A stretch of DNA of 64,000 nucleotides from an uncultured Gammaproteobacteria bacterium (GCA_963748215.1 CAVVHS010000006.1:640001-704000), one strand, 5' to 3'. Positions 45,096 to 55,096 are shown, counted from the first letter of the stretch. Notes: generated by a model from the sequence alone, not told the origin. A program made the numbers and translations.

Positions 45096-46364
45096 CTACC
45101 GGTAACCCTGCATTGGAGCCTGCGGATACTGCATCGAGTCATAGACAGGTGGGGGTGGCACGTTCAGCTCATCCGGCCTTGCCTGTCCGCGGGGATAGCC
45201 ATAGGCCGGCATATTCCTGTAGCCAGGCGCACCTGACTGGTAGGGATAACCGGGGGCCTGGTAATTGTATCCCGGACCCGCGGGTGGCATGGGACGGCCA
45301 TAATAGCCGGCCGCCGGTGCGCGATCGGCAGCCTGTCCCTGCAACGGTACCGCAGGACCTGGCGCTACCGGCGTTTCCGGTGCCATGCGGCCTGCGGCCG
45401 GCGGCATCATGTGATCGTAATCGCCCGGCATGGGCGGCTGGAACAATGGCTGTTCGCGGCTGGCTGTCGCAGGCTGTTCGCTAACCGGCAGTTCCGGCAT
45501 AGTGCCCGCCACCGGTGGCGCAGGAATCGCTTCCTGTCCTCGTGGCAGCTGGCCTGTCAGTGTATCAGCTGCTGCGGGAACTTGCTCTGTCAGGTGCGGT
45601 TGCGTGACCAGAGCTGGCGGCGACGCGGGCTGTACCGGGGTCTGTGGTTCTTCACTCACCGCCAGCGGTAACGTCGGCGCGTCGTGTCCCGGCATGGATG
45701 GCGTGCCGGCAGTGTCTTCAGTCGCCACCGCGGCAGCCGTTTCGGCAGACGGCTGTTCCATGTCTGTGCCGGCCGTTACCGGCATCCCAGGTACGTGCTC
45801 CGGCACTGCAGCCTTCGCCTGCCCGGCGGCAGTTTCCGCATCGCTGGCCGCGGCTGTCGCCGGCGCTTCGGGTGCGTCTGCTTCCATGGTCACTCCCGTC
45901 TCGACGGTTTGCTCCTGCTGTACAGTCATGGCCTCATCCTCGCTGCGGCTTTCAGCCGTGACTTCCTTCGCCGGCTGTGACATGTCCGACTGGTAATGAC
46001 CGGGCACGGGCGGCATGGTCCGAGTCTCGCCAGGTGTGGCGCTGGTCATGATTTCAGGCGCCGACTGTTCGGCTGCCCCACCGGGCACACCGCCAACCAT
46101 GGTGCCTTCAGGAAACAATTCCTGTTCAGCTTGTTGCCGCGGCATAGCCATTGGCACCTGGGTAATCGTAGCGGGCCCCGGTACGCGCGGATCGATATTG
46201 ACCGGCTGATAGGGACCGGCTGGTGGTGGTGCAGATACCAGCGACCATTCATCGCTGTACTTGAACGGTGTCTCCGGTTCCTCGGCATGTGATACTTGCA
46301 GCAGGAATACGGCAGCCAGCATCAGCAGCAGATGCGTTCCCCTGAGACGACGATTAGCGTTCAT
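45096..46364 (-). CDS. exported Pro/Ala/Glu-rich low-complexity protein
   Basis: Signal peptide SHA-E; PPPAGPY..VNIDPR N-terminal motif; Tyr/Pro-rich C-terminus. Confidence 0.75.
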   Translation of the reverse strand: MNANRRLRGTHLLLMLAAVFLLQVSHAEEPETPFKYSDEWSLVSAPPPAGPYQPVNIDPRVPGPATITQVPMAMPRQQAEQELFPEGTMVGGVPGGAAEQSAPEIMTSATPGETRTMPPVPGHYQSDMSQPAKEVTAESRSEDEAMTVQQEQTVETGVTMEADAPEAPATAAASDAETAAGQAKAAVPEHVPGMPVTAGTDMEQPSAETAAAVATEDTAGTPSMPGHDAPTLPLAVSEEPQTPVQPASPPALVTQPHLTEQVPAAADTLTGQLPRGQEAIPAPPVAGTMPELPVSEQPATASREQPLFQPPMPGDYDHMMPPAAGRMAPETPVAPGPAVPLQGQAADRAPAAGYYGRPMPPAGPGYNYQAPGYPYQSGAPGYRNMPAYGYPRGQARPDELNVPPPPVYDSMQYPQAPMQGYR

Positions 46365-46431
46365 ATCAATTCACCTTGATTCATATTGAGTAACAGCGTG
46401 GTTGTCGCCCTGGCCGATCCACATCCAAAGC

Positions 46432-49400
46432 TTAGTTCAAATCCTGTTTCAAGCGTATACCGCGCCGCTTTGACCCGACAGTATCCTGTACTTCCGCATC
46501 GGCATCATCATCCACATCCATGTCGGTCATATCGCGTGCCATCCTCACCGGTTCCGCTTCAGTTGCTGGCGGCTCGCTGATCGCGGCAGGCTCTGCTGGT
46601 GGTGGCGATGTCACTTCGGTGGCTGGCTCCTGAGTCCCGGCAGACAGGGCACTGGCAGTTTCGACCGGCGTATCGGCTGGCTCGACGGTTGCCGGAGTCT
46701 CCGCTACTGGCAACTCGCGCGGCGGCGGAGCACTGACTGGAGCGGCTGGTGCCTCGCGCGGTGGCGGAGCACTGACTGCAGTGGCAGGCGCCTCGCGCGG
46801 TGGTGGGGCACTGACTGGAGGAGCTGGTGCCTCGCGCGGTGGCGGAGCACTGACTGCGGTGGCGGGTACCTGGCGCGGTGGCGGAGCACTGACTGCAGTG
46901 GCTGGTACCTCGCGCGGCGGCGGTGGCGTACCAGCCGCGGCGGGCGCCGGCTTTTCACGCGGCGGTGGCGGCGTACCACCGGGCGGCGGTTGACGCGGCG
47001 GTGGCGGTGTACCTCCGCCTCGTGGCGGCGGCGGTGTACCGCCCCTGGGTGGAGGTGGTGTCCCGCCACCCGCCTTGCCAAATCTTCCGAAAATTCCCTT
47101 GAATCCCATACCGATCAGGGTAAAGACGGCCTTGATGATGATAAAGACCCAGGAGAATGCCGAGAAGATTCCACCCCAGAGACGCATCAGGAGCGGTGTG
47201 CGTGCCGCCTTCTCCGCGGCCTCGGCTTCATCATCGGTATGTTCGATGATCTGGAAGGCGCGGCTTATCGACACGGTGCCATCATCAGCCGTCTCAACAT
47301 AGAACTGCCGCTTCGCGCTGATACAGCCGAGCGGCACGATAATCAGTGCCATGACGGTCGCCACGCCGGCACCGAACAGCAGGCTGATTGCCATACCGTT
47401 AAAAATCGGGTCCTGCAGGATGGCAAATGCGCCCGCCATCAGGGTCAGCGAGGTAATGAAGATGGGACGCATACGCATTTCGGCGCCCCTGACGGCTGCC
47501 TCAGTGACCTCTTTCCCCTGGGCAACCTCGATCTTGACAAATTCCACGATCAGAATCGACTGGCGCACGATGATACCGCCCAGCGCAATCATGCCTATCA
47601 TGGAGGTGGCCGTGAATTCCGAACCCATTATCCAATGACCAGGGATAATGCCCATGAGCGTCACCGGGATCGGCGACATGATGATGCCGGCCAGGGCGAA
47701 GTTCTTGAACTCCCACACGATCAGTCCGTAGATCAGGATCAGTGCCGCCATGAAGGCGCCACCCATATCACGGAACGTTTCGTAGGTCACCGTCCACTCG
47801 CCGGTCCACTCGAAGTGAGATTGCGAATCATCCTTGATCAGTTCGAGCAGGGTGATCGGCATGGTGGGCATTTTCACCCCGTCAGGTGTCACATACTCCT
47901 TGACGTAATCATCGATAGCCAGCATGCCGTAGATCGGCGCACCCAGTCTGCCCTGCATCTCGCCGGTGACATACTCCACACCGCGCAGATCGATGGTGTA
48001 GATGGTTGGGTCTTCGTATTCTTTACTGAACGTCCCCAGCTCTGACAGGGGTACGGTCCGGCCATCCGCCGTCGGCACCGGCAGGTCGCCCAGCCGCGTG
48101 ACCTGCGAGCGTATCGCCAATGGAATCTGCATGACGATATAGGTCGGCTCCAGCACGGTGCCGCGCTTGATGTCGCCCAGCTTGTAGCTGCCCATGGCCA
48201 TCGCCAGCGTGCCGTTGATGGTATCGACCGATATTCCACGCCGGACGGCCTTTTCGGTATCGACATCGAAGCGCCAGAACTCGTAGGGATCGGCCATGTA
48301 AGTGTCGACATCGACAACATCCTCAACGGCTTCGAACATGGCTGTCAGGTCAGTCGCCACCTGGCGGCGTGTCTCGGCATCCGGTCCGTAGACCTCGGCA
48401 ACAACGGTTTGCAGTACGGGCGGACCTGGCGGCATTTCGACGACGGCTATCCGCGCGCCCAGGCGGTCGGCGATCGGTTTCAGTATCGAGCGCGCAACCA
48501 CGGCTATCTCGTGACTGCCACGCTCGCGATCGTTCTTGTCTTTCAGCATGACCAGCAGGTCACCTTCCCACGAACGCTGCCTGAGGTAGTAGTGCCTTAC
48601 CATGCCGTTGAAATTGAATGGCTGCGCCGTTCCCGCATAGGTAACGACCGCGGTGACTTCCGGTATTTCCTTGACTGCCTCCGCCAGCGACATGACGACA
48701 TTGGCAGTGTCCGGCATGGCCGTGCCTTCCGGCATATTCACGATGACGGAGAATTCCGGCTTGTTGTCGAACGGCAGCATCTTCACGGCCACCTGCTGGG
48801 TGTAGAACGTCACGCAGAGACCGGCGGTTATGCCGATGACCAGAAACAGGAACAGCAGTCCGAGTTTCCGGTTGTTGATGAGCGGCATGATAATCGGCCG
48901 GTAAAATCTGCTGATGCGCTCGTGGGCCCGCTTTTCCTTTTCTTCTGCACGTTTCAGTGCAGCATGTCTTGGCGCCAGCTTGACCGCCATCCAGGGCGTG
49001 AAGATGAACGCGGCGACCAGTGAAAAGAACATGGCAGAAGAACCCAGCACGGGTATCGGCCGCATATAGGGCCCCATCAGGCCGCTGACCCAGCCCATCG
49101 GCAACAGGGCCGCGATAATGGTGAATGTTGCCAGAATGGTAGGATTACCCACCTCGCGTACGGCATCGATCGCAACGGCGACACTGGTTTTGCCCTTGAG
49201 GAGCCAGTGCCGGAAAATATTCTCGACGACCACGGTCGCGTCGTCGACCAGGATACCGATCGCAAAGATCAGTGCGAACAGGCTGACACGGTCGACAGTG
49301 TAATCCACCATCATTGCCCACCAGATGGTGAGCAGAATCACCACGGGGATAACCGCGATAACCACGATCGCGGCACGCAGCCCCAGGCCGACCAGACACA

Positions 49401-50541
49401 GTATCGCAACGATGGCCGCTGCTTCCAGCATGGCCTGCAGCAACTCGTTTACCTTGTCATCGGCGGTCTTGCCATAGTTGCGCGTCACCGCGACATTGAC
49501 ATTGGCAGGTATCAGGTCGCGCTTCAGCGCCTCCACCTTGTCCAGGATTTTGTGCGCAACAGTGACGCCGTTGGTGCCTTCCTTTTTTGCAATGGCAACG
49601 GTAACCGCCGGATTACCAATTGACGGGCCGGTATCGCCGTCATAGGCCGGCCCGGTGTAATAGGTAACCATCTGGCTGGGATCCGCCGGCTCATCGACAA
49701 CCCTGGCAACATCCCGTACATAGACCGGCGCGCCCTGGCGGATACCGATAACCAGTCGGCCGATCTCCTTGGCACTGGTCAGAAAGGAACCGGTTCGTAC
49801 CGTAAAGGCCAGGCCACCTGACTCGACGCCGCCCGCCGTCTGCTCGGAATTGGCCGTCTGTATGGTCTGCGCGACCTGTTGCATGCTGATGCCATAGCCT
49901 GACAGGCGCTCCGGCATGACCTCGACCTTGACCTGGTCCTCGCGCCCGCCGACGATGAAGCCCTTGCCGGCGCCTTCCACCTCGCCGAGGCGTTGCAGCA
50001 GGTCCAGGGAGAGGAGGCGCAAGGCGCCATCATCGATATCTTTCGACCATAGCGTCAATGTCACAATCGGTACATCGTCGACCGCGACCGGCTTGATCAA
50101 TGGCTGTTGTACGTTGGGGGGTATCTTGTCCATATTGGACATGATCTTGTCGTGCACCTTGACGATGGACTGGCCCATGTCCTCGTTCACCTTGAACCGG
50201 ACGGTAACCATCGCACGCCCGCGTTCAGTGGCCGTGTAGGTATGACGTATTCCCTGGATTTCCTGCAACAGTCGTTCCAGTGGTTCCGTGACCAGACTGG
50301 CAACCTGTTCCGCGGAGGCGCCCGGATACTGGACGAACACGTCGATCATCGGCACCGAGATTTGCGGATCTTCCTGACGCGGGGTAAAGAACAGACCAAG
50401 CAAACCGACCAGCAGGGATACAATCAGTATCATGGGCGTGACCGGCGAGGTAATGAACAGCCGCGCCGTTCTGCCAGCGATACCCAGCGAATGGGCATCG
50501 TAGTTAACCGGTGTGGAGAATTGCTTTTCTTGATCAGCCAT
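46432..50541 (-). CDS. RND family permease with long Pro-rich C-terminal extension
   Basis: PRQEDPQI, GILVDDATVVVEN, KMLPFDNKPEF, RMRPIFITS; ~290 aa tail with tandem repeats. Confidence 0.93.
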   Translation of the reverse strand: MADQEKQFSTPVNYDAHSLGIAGRTARLFITSPVTPMILIVSLLVGLLGLFFTPRQEDPQISVPMIDVFVQYPGASAEQVASLVTEPLERLLQEIQGIRHTYTATERGRAMVTVRFKVNEDMGQSIVKVHDKIMSNMDKIPPNVQQPLIKPVAVDDVPIVTLTLWSKDIDDGALRLLSLDLLQRLGEVEGAGKGFIVGGREDQVKVEVMPERLSGYGISMQQVAQTIQTANSEQTAGGVESGGLAFTVRTGSFLTSAKEIGRLVIGIRQGAPVYVRDVARVVDEPADPSQMVTYYTGPAYDGDTGPSIGNPAVTVAIAKKEGTNGVTVAHKILDKVEALKRDLIPANVNVAVTRNYGKTADDKVNELLQAMLEAAAIVAILCLVGLGLRAAIVVIAVIPVVILLTIWWAMMVDYTVDRVSLFALIFAIGILVDDATVVVENIFRHWLLKGKTSVAVAIDAVREVGNPTILATFTIIAALLPMGWVSGLMGPYMRPIPVLGSSAMFFSLVAAFIFTPWMAVKLAPRHAALKRAEEKEKRAHERISRFYRPIIMPLINNRKLGLLFLFLVIGITAGLCVTFYTQQVAVKMLPFDNKPEFSVIVNMPEGTAMPDTANVVMSLAEAVKEIPEVTAVVTYAGTAQPFNFNGMVRHYYLRQRSWEGDLLVMLKDKNDRERGSHEIAVVARSILKPIADRLGARIAVVEMPPGPPVLQTVVAEVYGPDAETRRQVATDLTAMFEAVEDVVDVDTYMADPYEFWRFDVDTEKAVRRGISVDTINGTLAMAMGSYKLGDIKRGTVLEPTYIVMQIPLAIRSQVTRLGDLPVPTADGRTVPLSELGTFSKEYEDPTIYTIDLRGVEYVTGEMQGRLGAPIYGMLAIDDYVKEYVTPDGVKMPTMPITLLELIKDDSQSHFEWTGEWTVTYETFRDMGGAFMAALILIYGLIVWEFKNFALAGIIMSPIPVTLMGIIPGHWIMGSEFTATSMIGMIALGGIIVRQSILIVEFVKIEVAQGKEVTEAAVRGAEMRMRPIFITSLTLMAGAFAILQDPIFNGMAISLLFGAGVATVMALIIVPLGCISAKRQFYVETADDGTVSISRAFQIIEHTDDEAEAAEKAARTPLLMRLWGGIFSAFSWVFIIIKAVFTLIGMGFKGIFGRFGKAGGGTPPPPRGGTPPPPRGGGTPPPPRQPPPGGTPPPPREKPAPAAAGTPPPPREVPATAVSAPPPRQVPATAVSAPPPREAPAPPVSAPPPREAPATAVSAPPPREAPAAPVSAPPPRELPVAETPATVEPADTPVETASALSAGTQEPATEVTSPPPAEPAAISEPPATEAEPVRMARDMTDMDVDDDADAEVQDTVGSKRRGIRLKQDLN
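46714..46908. repeat. 39-bp tandem repeat x5 encoding (A/V)PAxxVSAPPPR(E/Q)
   Basis: CTCGCGCGGTGGCGGAGCACTGACTG... units at 46714, 46753, 46792, 46831, 46870. Confidence 0.9.
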
Positions 50542-50689
50542 ACTTATATTCCGCCTTCTAGCGTGCTTTTGTCAGTACCACATTCGAAGCTTGTTTCATG
50601 CCGGTACCGATTCGCTGCCTTATTATTCGGGTTAATCATCCAGTCCGGATAGCGCATACCGTTCCAGTCAGATTGCCCCCCTTGCCCGG

Positions 50690-51829
50690 CTAGTTCCAGG
50701 AACCCTTTCTGTCGCCGGATTCCGCTCCCGTGACGAAAACACGTTCACCGGCACGCAAACCGGAGAGAATTGCGACACCTTCGGCACCGACGTCGTCGCC
50801 GGTCCTGACCAGGCGCAACTCACGCTGGTTCTGCTCGTTCATCACGTAGATGCCCGGCAGACTGCCGCGCCAGACCAGTGCACTCTTGGGCACTACCGGT
50901 AATTCACGCACCTTGGCATTGATATCGTTGATCATGACGTCTGCATACATGCCTGCACCACCCGGCGCACCGGCAGGCAGGTCGAGCTTGACTGTCACCG
51001 TGTGCCGGTCCGGGTCGGCGATCGGGAAAATCGTGGCAACGCGGGCCTGCACATTGACATTACCGACGTCCAGCCGCGCCGGCACGATCATGCCTTTCTT
51101 GATGCCCGGCATCAGCCGCGCCGGCACCTCGATCTGAATCTGCAGTTGGGACATATCCGCAAACTTGAGCAATGGCTGGCCGGGTTGCACGGGATCACCC
51201 ACTTCCACCAGTTTTTTCGTAATCACGCCCTTGAACGGCGCAACGGACTTGGCATCACGAATCTTGGTATCGATTTCCTCGATACTGGCACGGGCACCCT
51301 CGAGCGAGGAGCGTGCCTGCTCGATCTGCGTACCGTACTGGTAAAGCTGTGCATGACGGTCCATGCCGGGCGAACTGCCACCGGAAAAACTCTGCATCGG
51401 GTTGGTGAAATTGCGCATGATGGAACTCATGCCGCCCATCATTTCGTTCTCCTGACCACCATAGGGTGAAATCCACTCGCGTGAGTACTGAACCCCGGCG
51501 TTGCGAAACGCCGCCTCGGCATTGGCCAGATTTGCCCAGGCCGCACGACGCTTTGCCAGCAGGTCATCGATGCCAATGGCGATCAATTCGGTGCCTTCCT
51601 CGAAGAAATCGCCTTCTTCACCGGCGATGCTGCTGATTCGTCCGGGAATCTGCGCCGAGAAGGTCACATCCTTGATCGGAACAACCGTGCCGCCCAGGCT
51701 GACGGTTGCGCCCACCGGGATACTCGGAACCGTAATGACAGAGTCACCGGGTCCCTGTGCATGGGCGATCTGCGCAACTGTAAAACAGGCAGTTAAAATT
51801 CCAGCCAGAGCATACTTTTTGATTAACAT
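50690..51829 (-). CDS. RND periplasmic adaptor (membrane fusion protein)
   Basis: Lipoyl-like halves (SAQIPGRI...GD; APFKGVI...VGDPVQPG), beta-barrel, GLRAGERV. Confidence 0.92.
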   Translation of the reverse strand: MLIKKYALAGILTACFTVAQIAHAQGPGDSVITVPSIPVGATVSLGGTVVPIKDVTFSAQIPGRISSIAGEEGDFFEEGTELIAIGIDDLLAKRRAAWANLANAEAAFRNAGVQYSREWISPYGGQENEMMGGMSSIMRNFTNPMQSFSGGSSPGMDRHAQLYQYGTQIEQARSSLEGARASIEEIDTKIRDAKSVAPFKGVITKKLVEVGDPVQPGQPLLKFADMSQLQIQIEVPARLMPGIKKGMIVPARLDVGNVNVQARVATIFPIADPDRHTVTVKLDLPAGAPGGAGMYADVMINDINAKVRELPVVPKSALVWRGSLPGIYVMNEQNQRELRLVRTGDDVGAEGVAILSGLRAGERVFVTGAESGDRKGSWN

Positions 51830-52020
51830 GGTTAATCCTCACACAACAAATAAAAAGGCACGGTCAGGTCCAGCAATGAAGCATGCGGCGCTGTCCGAAG
51901 ACAGCGCCAACCTTCCCAGGTTATTCATGACCGAAACGTGCCGTTCTGGTCACCATGAGGCTGCAGAACCCGATTAAATTTATTGTTATCTACACACCTG
52001 AAAAAAAGCGCCGGTACAAA

Positions 52021-52416
52021 TCAGGCGCGACCCATTACCGAAAAACTCTTGATGAACGGACCAGCCATGCGCGGATCCTTGATCATCGCACCGTAATCAC
52101 CGACATTGAACTTCAACTTGCGCGATGTATAGGCCATGCCCAGCCCCATCATTCCCGGCGGCTTGACCAGCCATTTGTTCCAGTTATCGAAGGTAGCGCG
52201 CAGGTCCCAGCTCAACTCCTCACCATTGAAGGTACCTGCCGAGGTTGCCTTGCCGTTTTCTATCTTGATGTAACCCCGCGGCGTGTCCTCACCGTCGAAT
52301 CCATACGCAATCGTGGAATTGAAGTTGATCTTCGCCAGAGCATCCGAAAGCTCCGGCTCAGCATTCCATTGCTCCATGAAGCTTTTCATCCACTCGTCAG
52401 AAAACAGATCAGCCAT
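52021..52416 (-). CDS. SCP2 sterol-carrier-like protein
   Basis: LFSDEW...WN, WDLRA...W, AYTSRKLKF..GD; GGAGG RBS. Confidence 0.8.
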   Translation of the reverse strand: MADLFSDEWMKSFMEQWNAEPELSDALAKINFNSTIAYGFDGEDTPRGYIKIENGKATSAGTFNGEELSWDLRATFDNWNKWLVKPPGMMGLGMAYTSRKLKFNVGDYGAMIKDPRMAGPFIKSFSVMGRA

Positions 52417-52938
52417 TTTTTTGTCTCCTCCAGGTTAATGGTATATTATCCAAGTATATTGCGAGTGTAACAAGCGAATCATACTAGATATGGGGTTCAA
52501 CCCAACACGCCTTTTACACAATTAGTGATCTTTGTGCCCATCCGGGGCACGTGCATCGTCGTCTATTGAGGACAAGTACAATACCCAATTCACATAATAT
52601 GTCTCAAAAGTCAATAAGAGAAGAAAATTATAGAGACTTTTGTATAAAGCTCCGCTTCGTTGCCCCTGCCTTTTCAGCCTGTTAGAAAACTGCAGCCAGA
52701 AAATTTATCACTCGGCTCAGGTACCCCTGCATGTATCCTCTTGATTGAACTGAGTGAATACGCCGCGTACTGTATCGCCGATGTGACGGAATGTTGACTA
52801 GATTAACATATTGGCATAAAAATAGGGTTGTGGCGTACCAGAAAAGTACAGCGTCCGTATAAGAAACAGTAGGTTATTGGATAGGGTATGTACTTTGCCT
52901 TGAAAACGATATCAAAAAGACAACAGGATGAGCGGAAA

Positions 52939-53409
52939 ATGAACCCTGGACAACAAAAATTCGACAGCAGAGCAATCGAGCAGCGCGATTCCAATCGCCG
53001 CAACCCGTCACTGTCCACGTTGCAGGGTGCGCTGTTTCTGAATCGACGTCGCCTGTTCCGGCGTGGCGAGGATCATGTTAATTCCTACAAGGATTGGCAT
53101 GGCCATTTACCGCTCGCTGCCACCCTGCTCATCATCCTGCTCTGTTTTGCGGACGCGTTTCTTACCACCGTGTTACTGGACAAGGGTGCGGTGGAAATGA
53201 ATGTGTTTATGAATTGGCTGATACAGAAAGACATCCATGCATTCACCATCGTCAAGATGGCACTCACCGGCACCGCACTCCTGGTGCTGGTGTTTCATTA
53301 CAACTTCATGATTTACCGCTATATTGCTGTCAAGTACGTCATGTTTGCACTGGTCCCGGCCTACATGCTGCTGATCTTGCATGAACTGAACATGCTAGCC
53401 AACTTCTAG
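52939..53409 (+). CDS. DUF5658-like membrane protein
   Basis: N-terminal EQR..NRR/RRR motifs, DAFLT..LL..GA.EMN..M..LI, three TM helices. Confidence 0.7.
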   Translation: MNPGQQKFDSRAIEQRDSNRRNPSLSTLQGALFLNRRRLFRRGEDHVNSYKDWHGHLPLAATLLIILLCFADAFLTTVLLDKGAVEMNVFMNWLIQKDIHAFTIVKMALTGTALLVLVFHYNFMIYRYIAVKYVMFALVPAYMLLILHELNMLANF

Positions 53410-53654
53410 CCGCACGGCGTCAGGCCTGCAATCCCGGCAGCACCCCGATATCTGGCTGCTGCGGCAATCAACCGACAACGTCGCCGCGAGCTGCACCACG
53501 TAAACACAACGACCCGCGTCCGGGCAGCGCTCGGCAATTCGGCACGAGGTTCAATATTTACTGTATTGCTGCCGGTATTACTGGTAACTTTGGCACACGC
53601 ATCGAGTTCCTTTCGACATGCAATCTCCACCCATCCAGACAACCGGGAGTCATC

Positions 53655-54350
53655 ATGTACACGCACGACTTGGACAAGAGCAACAGAACACGTATCGGAA
53701 AACCTGGCGCCACCCTCCTTGCTGCCGCAGTCGCAGTTGCACTTGGTGTCGCGGGCTGTACCACCAATCCCTATACCGGTGAACAGGAGGCCAGCAAGGC
53801 CGCAAAAGGAGCCGGCATTGGCGCTGTCAGTGGCGCGGTTATTTCGGCGATCACCGGCGGTAAACGCAAGAACGTCCTGCTCGGCGCAGGCATTGGCGCA
53901 CTGGCAGGCGGTGCGGTCGGCTATTACATGGACACGCAGGAGACAAAGCTGCGCCAGCAGCTGCAGAACACCGGCGTCAGCGTGACACGCAGTGGCGAAA
54001 ACATCATCCTCAACATGCCGGGCAATGTCACATTCGCCACGGACTCAAGCAATATATCGGCCGATTTCTACCAGGTACTCGATTCGGTTGCGCTCGTGAT
54101 CAATGAGTACGAAAAGACCTATGTCGATATCACGGGCCATACCGACAGCACCGGTGCCGATGACTACAACATGCAATTGTCGGTCGCGCGCGCCAACAGC
54201 GTTGCACGCTACCTCGAATCACGCAAGGTATTGCCGCAGCGCGTCTCCACCGTCGGCGCGGGCGAGACCAGCCCGATTGCCTCCAATGACACGGCCCAGG
54301 GCCGCGCCCTGAACCGGCGTGTCGAGATCCTGCTCACGCCGATTACCTGA
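53655..54350 (+). CDS. OmpA-family lipoprotein (YiaD-like)
   Basis: Lipobox VAGC, glycine zipper, GHTDSTG, LS..RA..V, NRRVEI. Confidence 0.92.
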   Translation: MYTHDLDKSNRTRIGKPGATLLAAAVAVALGVAGCTTNPYTGEQEASKAAKGAGIGAVSGAVISAITGGKRKNVLLGAGIGALAGGAVGYYMDTQETKLRQQLQNTGVSVTRSGENIILNMPGNVTFATDSSNISADFYQVLDSVALVINEYEKTYVDITGHTDSTGADDYNMQLSVARANSVARYLESRKVLPQRVSTVGAGETSPIASNDTAQGRALNRRVEILLTPIT

Positions 54351-54370
54351 GTACACGACATCTCACGGAC

Positions 54371-54405
54371 AACAAAGGCCCGCATCATGCGGGCCTTTGT
54401 TTATT
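54371..54405 (+). terminator. intrinsic (possibly bidirectional) terminator
   Basis: AACAAAGGCCCGCAT-C-ATGCGGGCCTTTGTT then TATT. Confidence 0.85.
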
Positions 54406-54423
54406 ACCGGCCCGCGGCGGACC

Positions 54424-54701
54424 CTGCCTTTAATTTGTCTTCCCTGAGACCCGGTTCGGACTTCCGTACTTCACGGAAGTCCCAGCAACGGGTCCGGCCA
54501 CCTGACTGTTCGGCTCCGGCCTGTCTGGTCAGGCTGGATTTGCCTGACGCCGAAAGCCTCCGCATGGGCGGACCCGGATCGCGACAACAGCAATCACCAG
54601 TGCGGCCGCCCCGGCAGCCGTTTTTTGTTGTTGTCTCGCCGGCAAGAGGCCTGGTACACGGACTTCCGATCACCTGACCGGGATCACGAATACAAAGGCA
54701 G
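54424..54701 (+). ncRNA. candidate structured non-coding RNA
   Basis: Terminal pairing CTGCCTTT/AAAGGCAG enclosing at least three hairpins; no credible ORF. Confidence 0.35.
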
Positions 54702-55069
54702 ATGCACCGCACGCCACCGGGACTCGGACTCGGGCAGGCACTCCTGAGCCTAAAATCCGTCGGCTACCCGCTAGAATCCCGGCCTCTTACTGCGCCAACG
54801 CATCCCGAGGCGGCAGGCGCATGTCACAACGCACCACGGCAAGCGCCCCAGGTGAAATCATTGCACCCCTGACGCCCGGACCACGCCATCATTCCGTATA
54901 CGATCATATTTTGTAGTATTTTCAGTGTGATAATAATCGGCACCCGGCCTGGTTGCCGCCTGAAGATGCAATAGCCGGTTGCATGCCCCGACTCACAGCC
55001 GCCCACAGACGCCTATTTCCCGGCCCGAAGCTACCCTGTGGAATCAGACAGATACGTACGCTACTCGCA

Positions 55070-55096
55070 TTAAGGAATCCCCCATACAGCCGATCA
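55070..55096 (+). promoter_or_regulatory. putative sigma28 promoter
   Basis: TTAAG-N14-GCCGATCA about 70 nt upstream of the DUF1631 gene. Confidence 0.55.

Noticed and set aside
54424-54780. RNase P, 6S or SRP RNA
   Set aside because: Only short coincidental similarities (CTGACCAGACAG, CCTGAGCC); diagnostic conserved cores are absent
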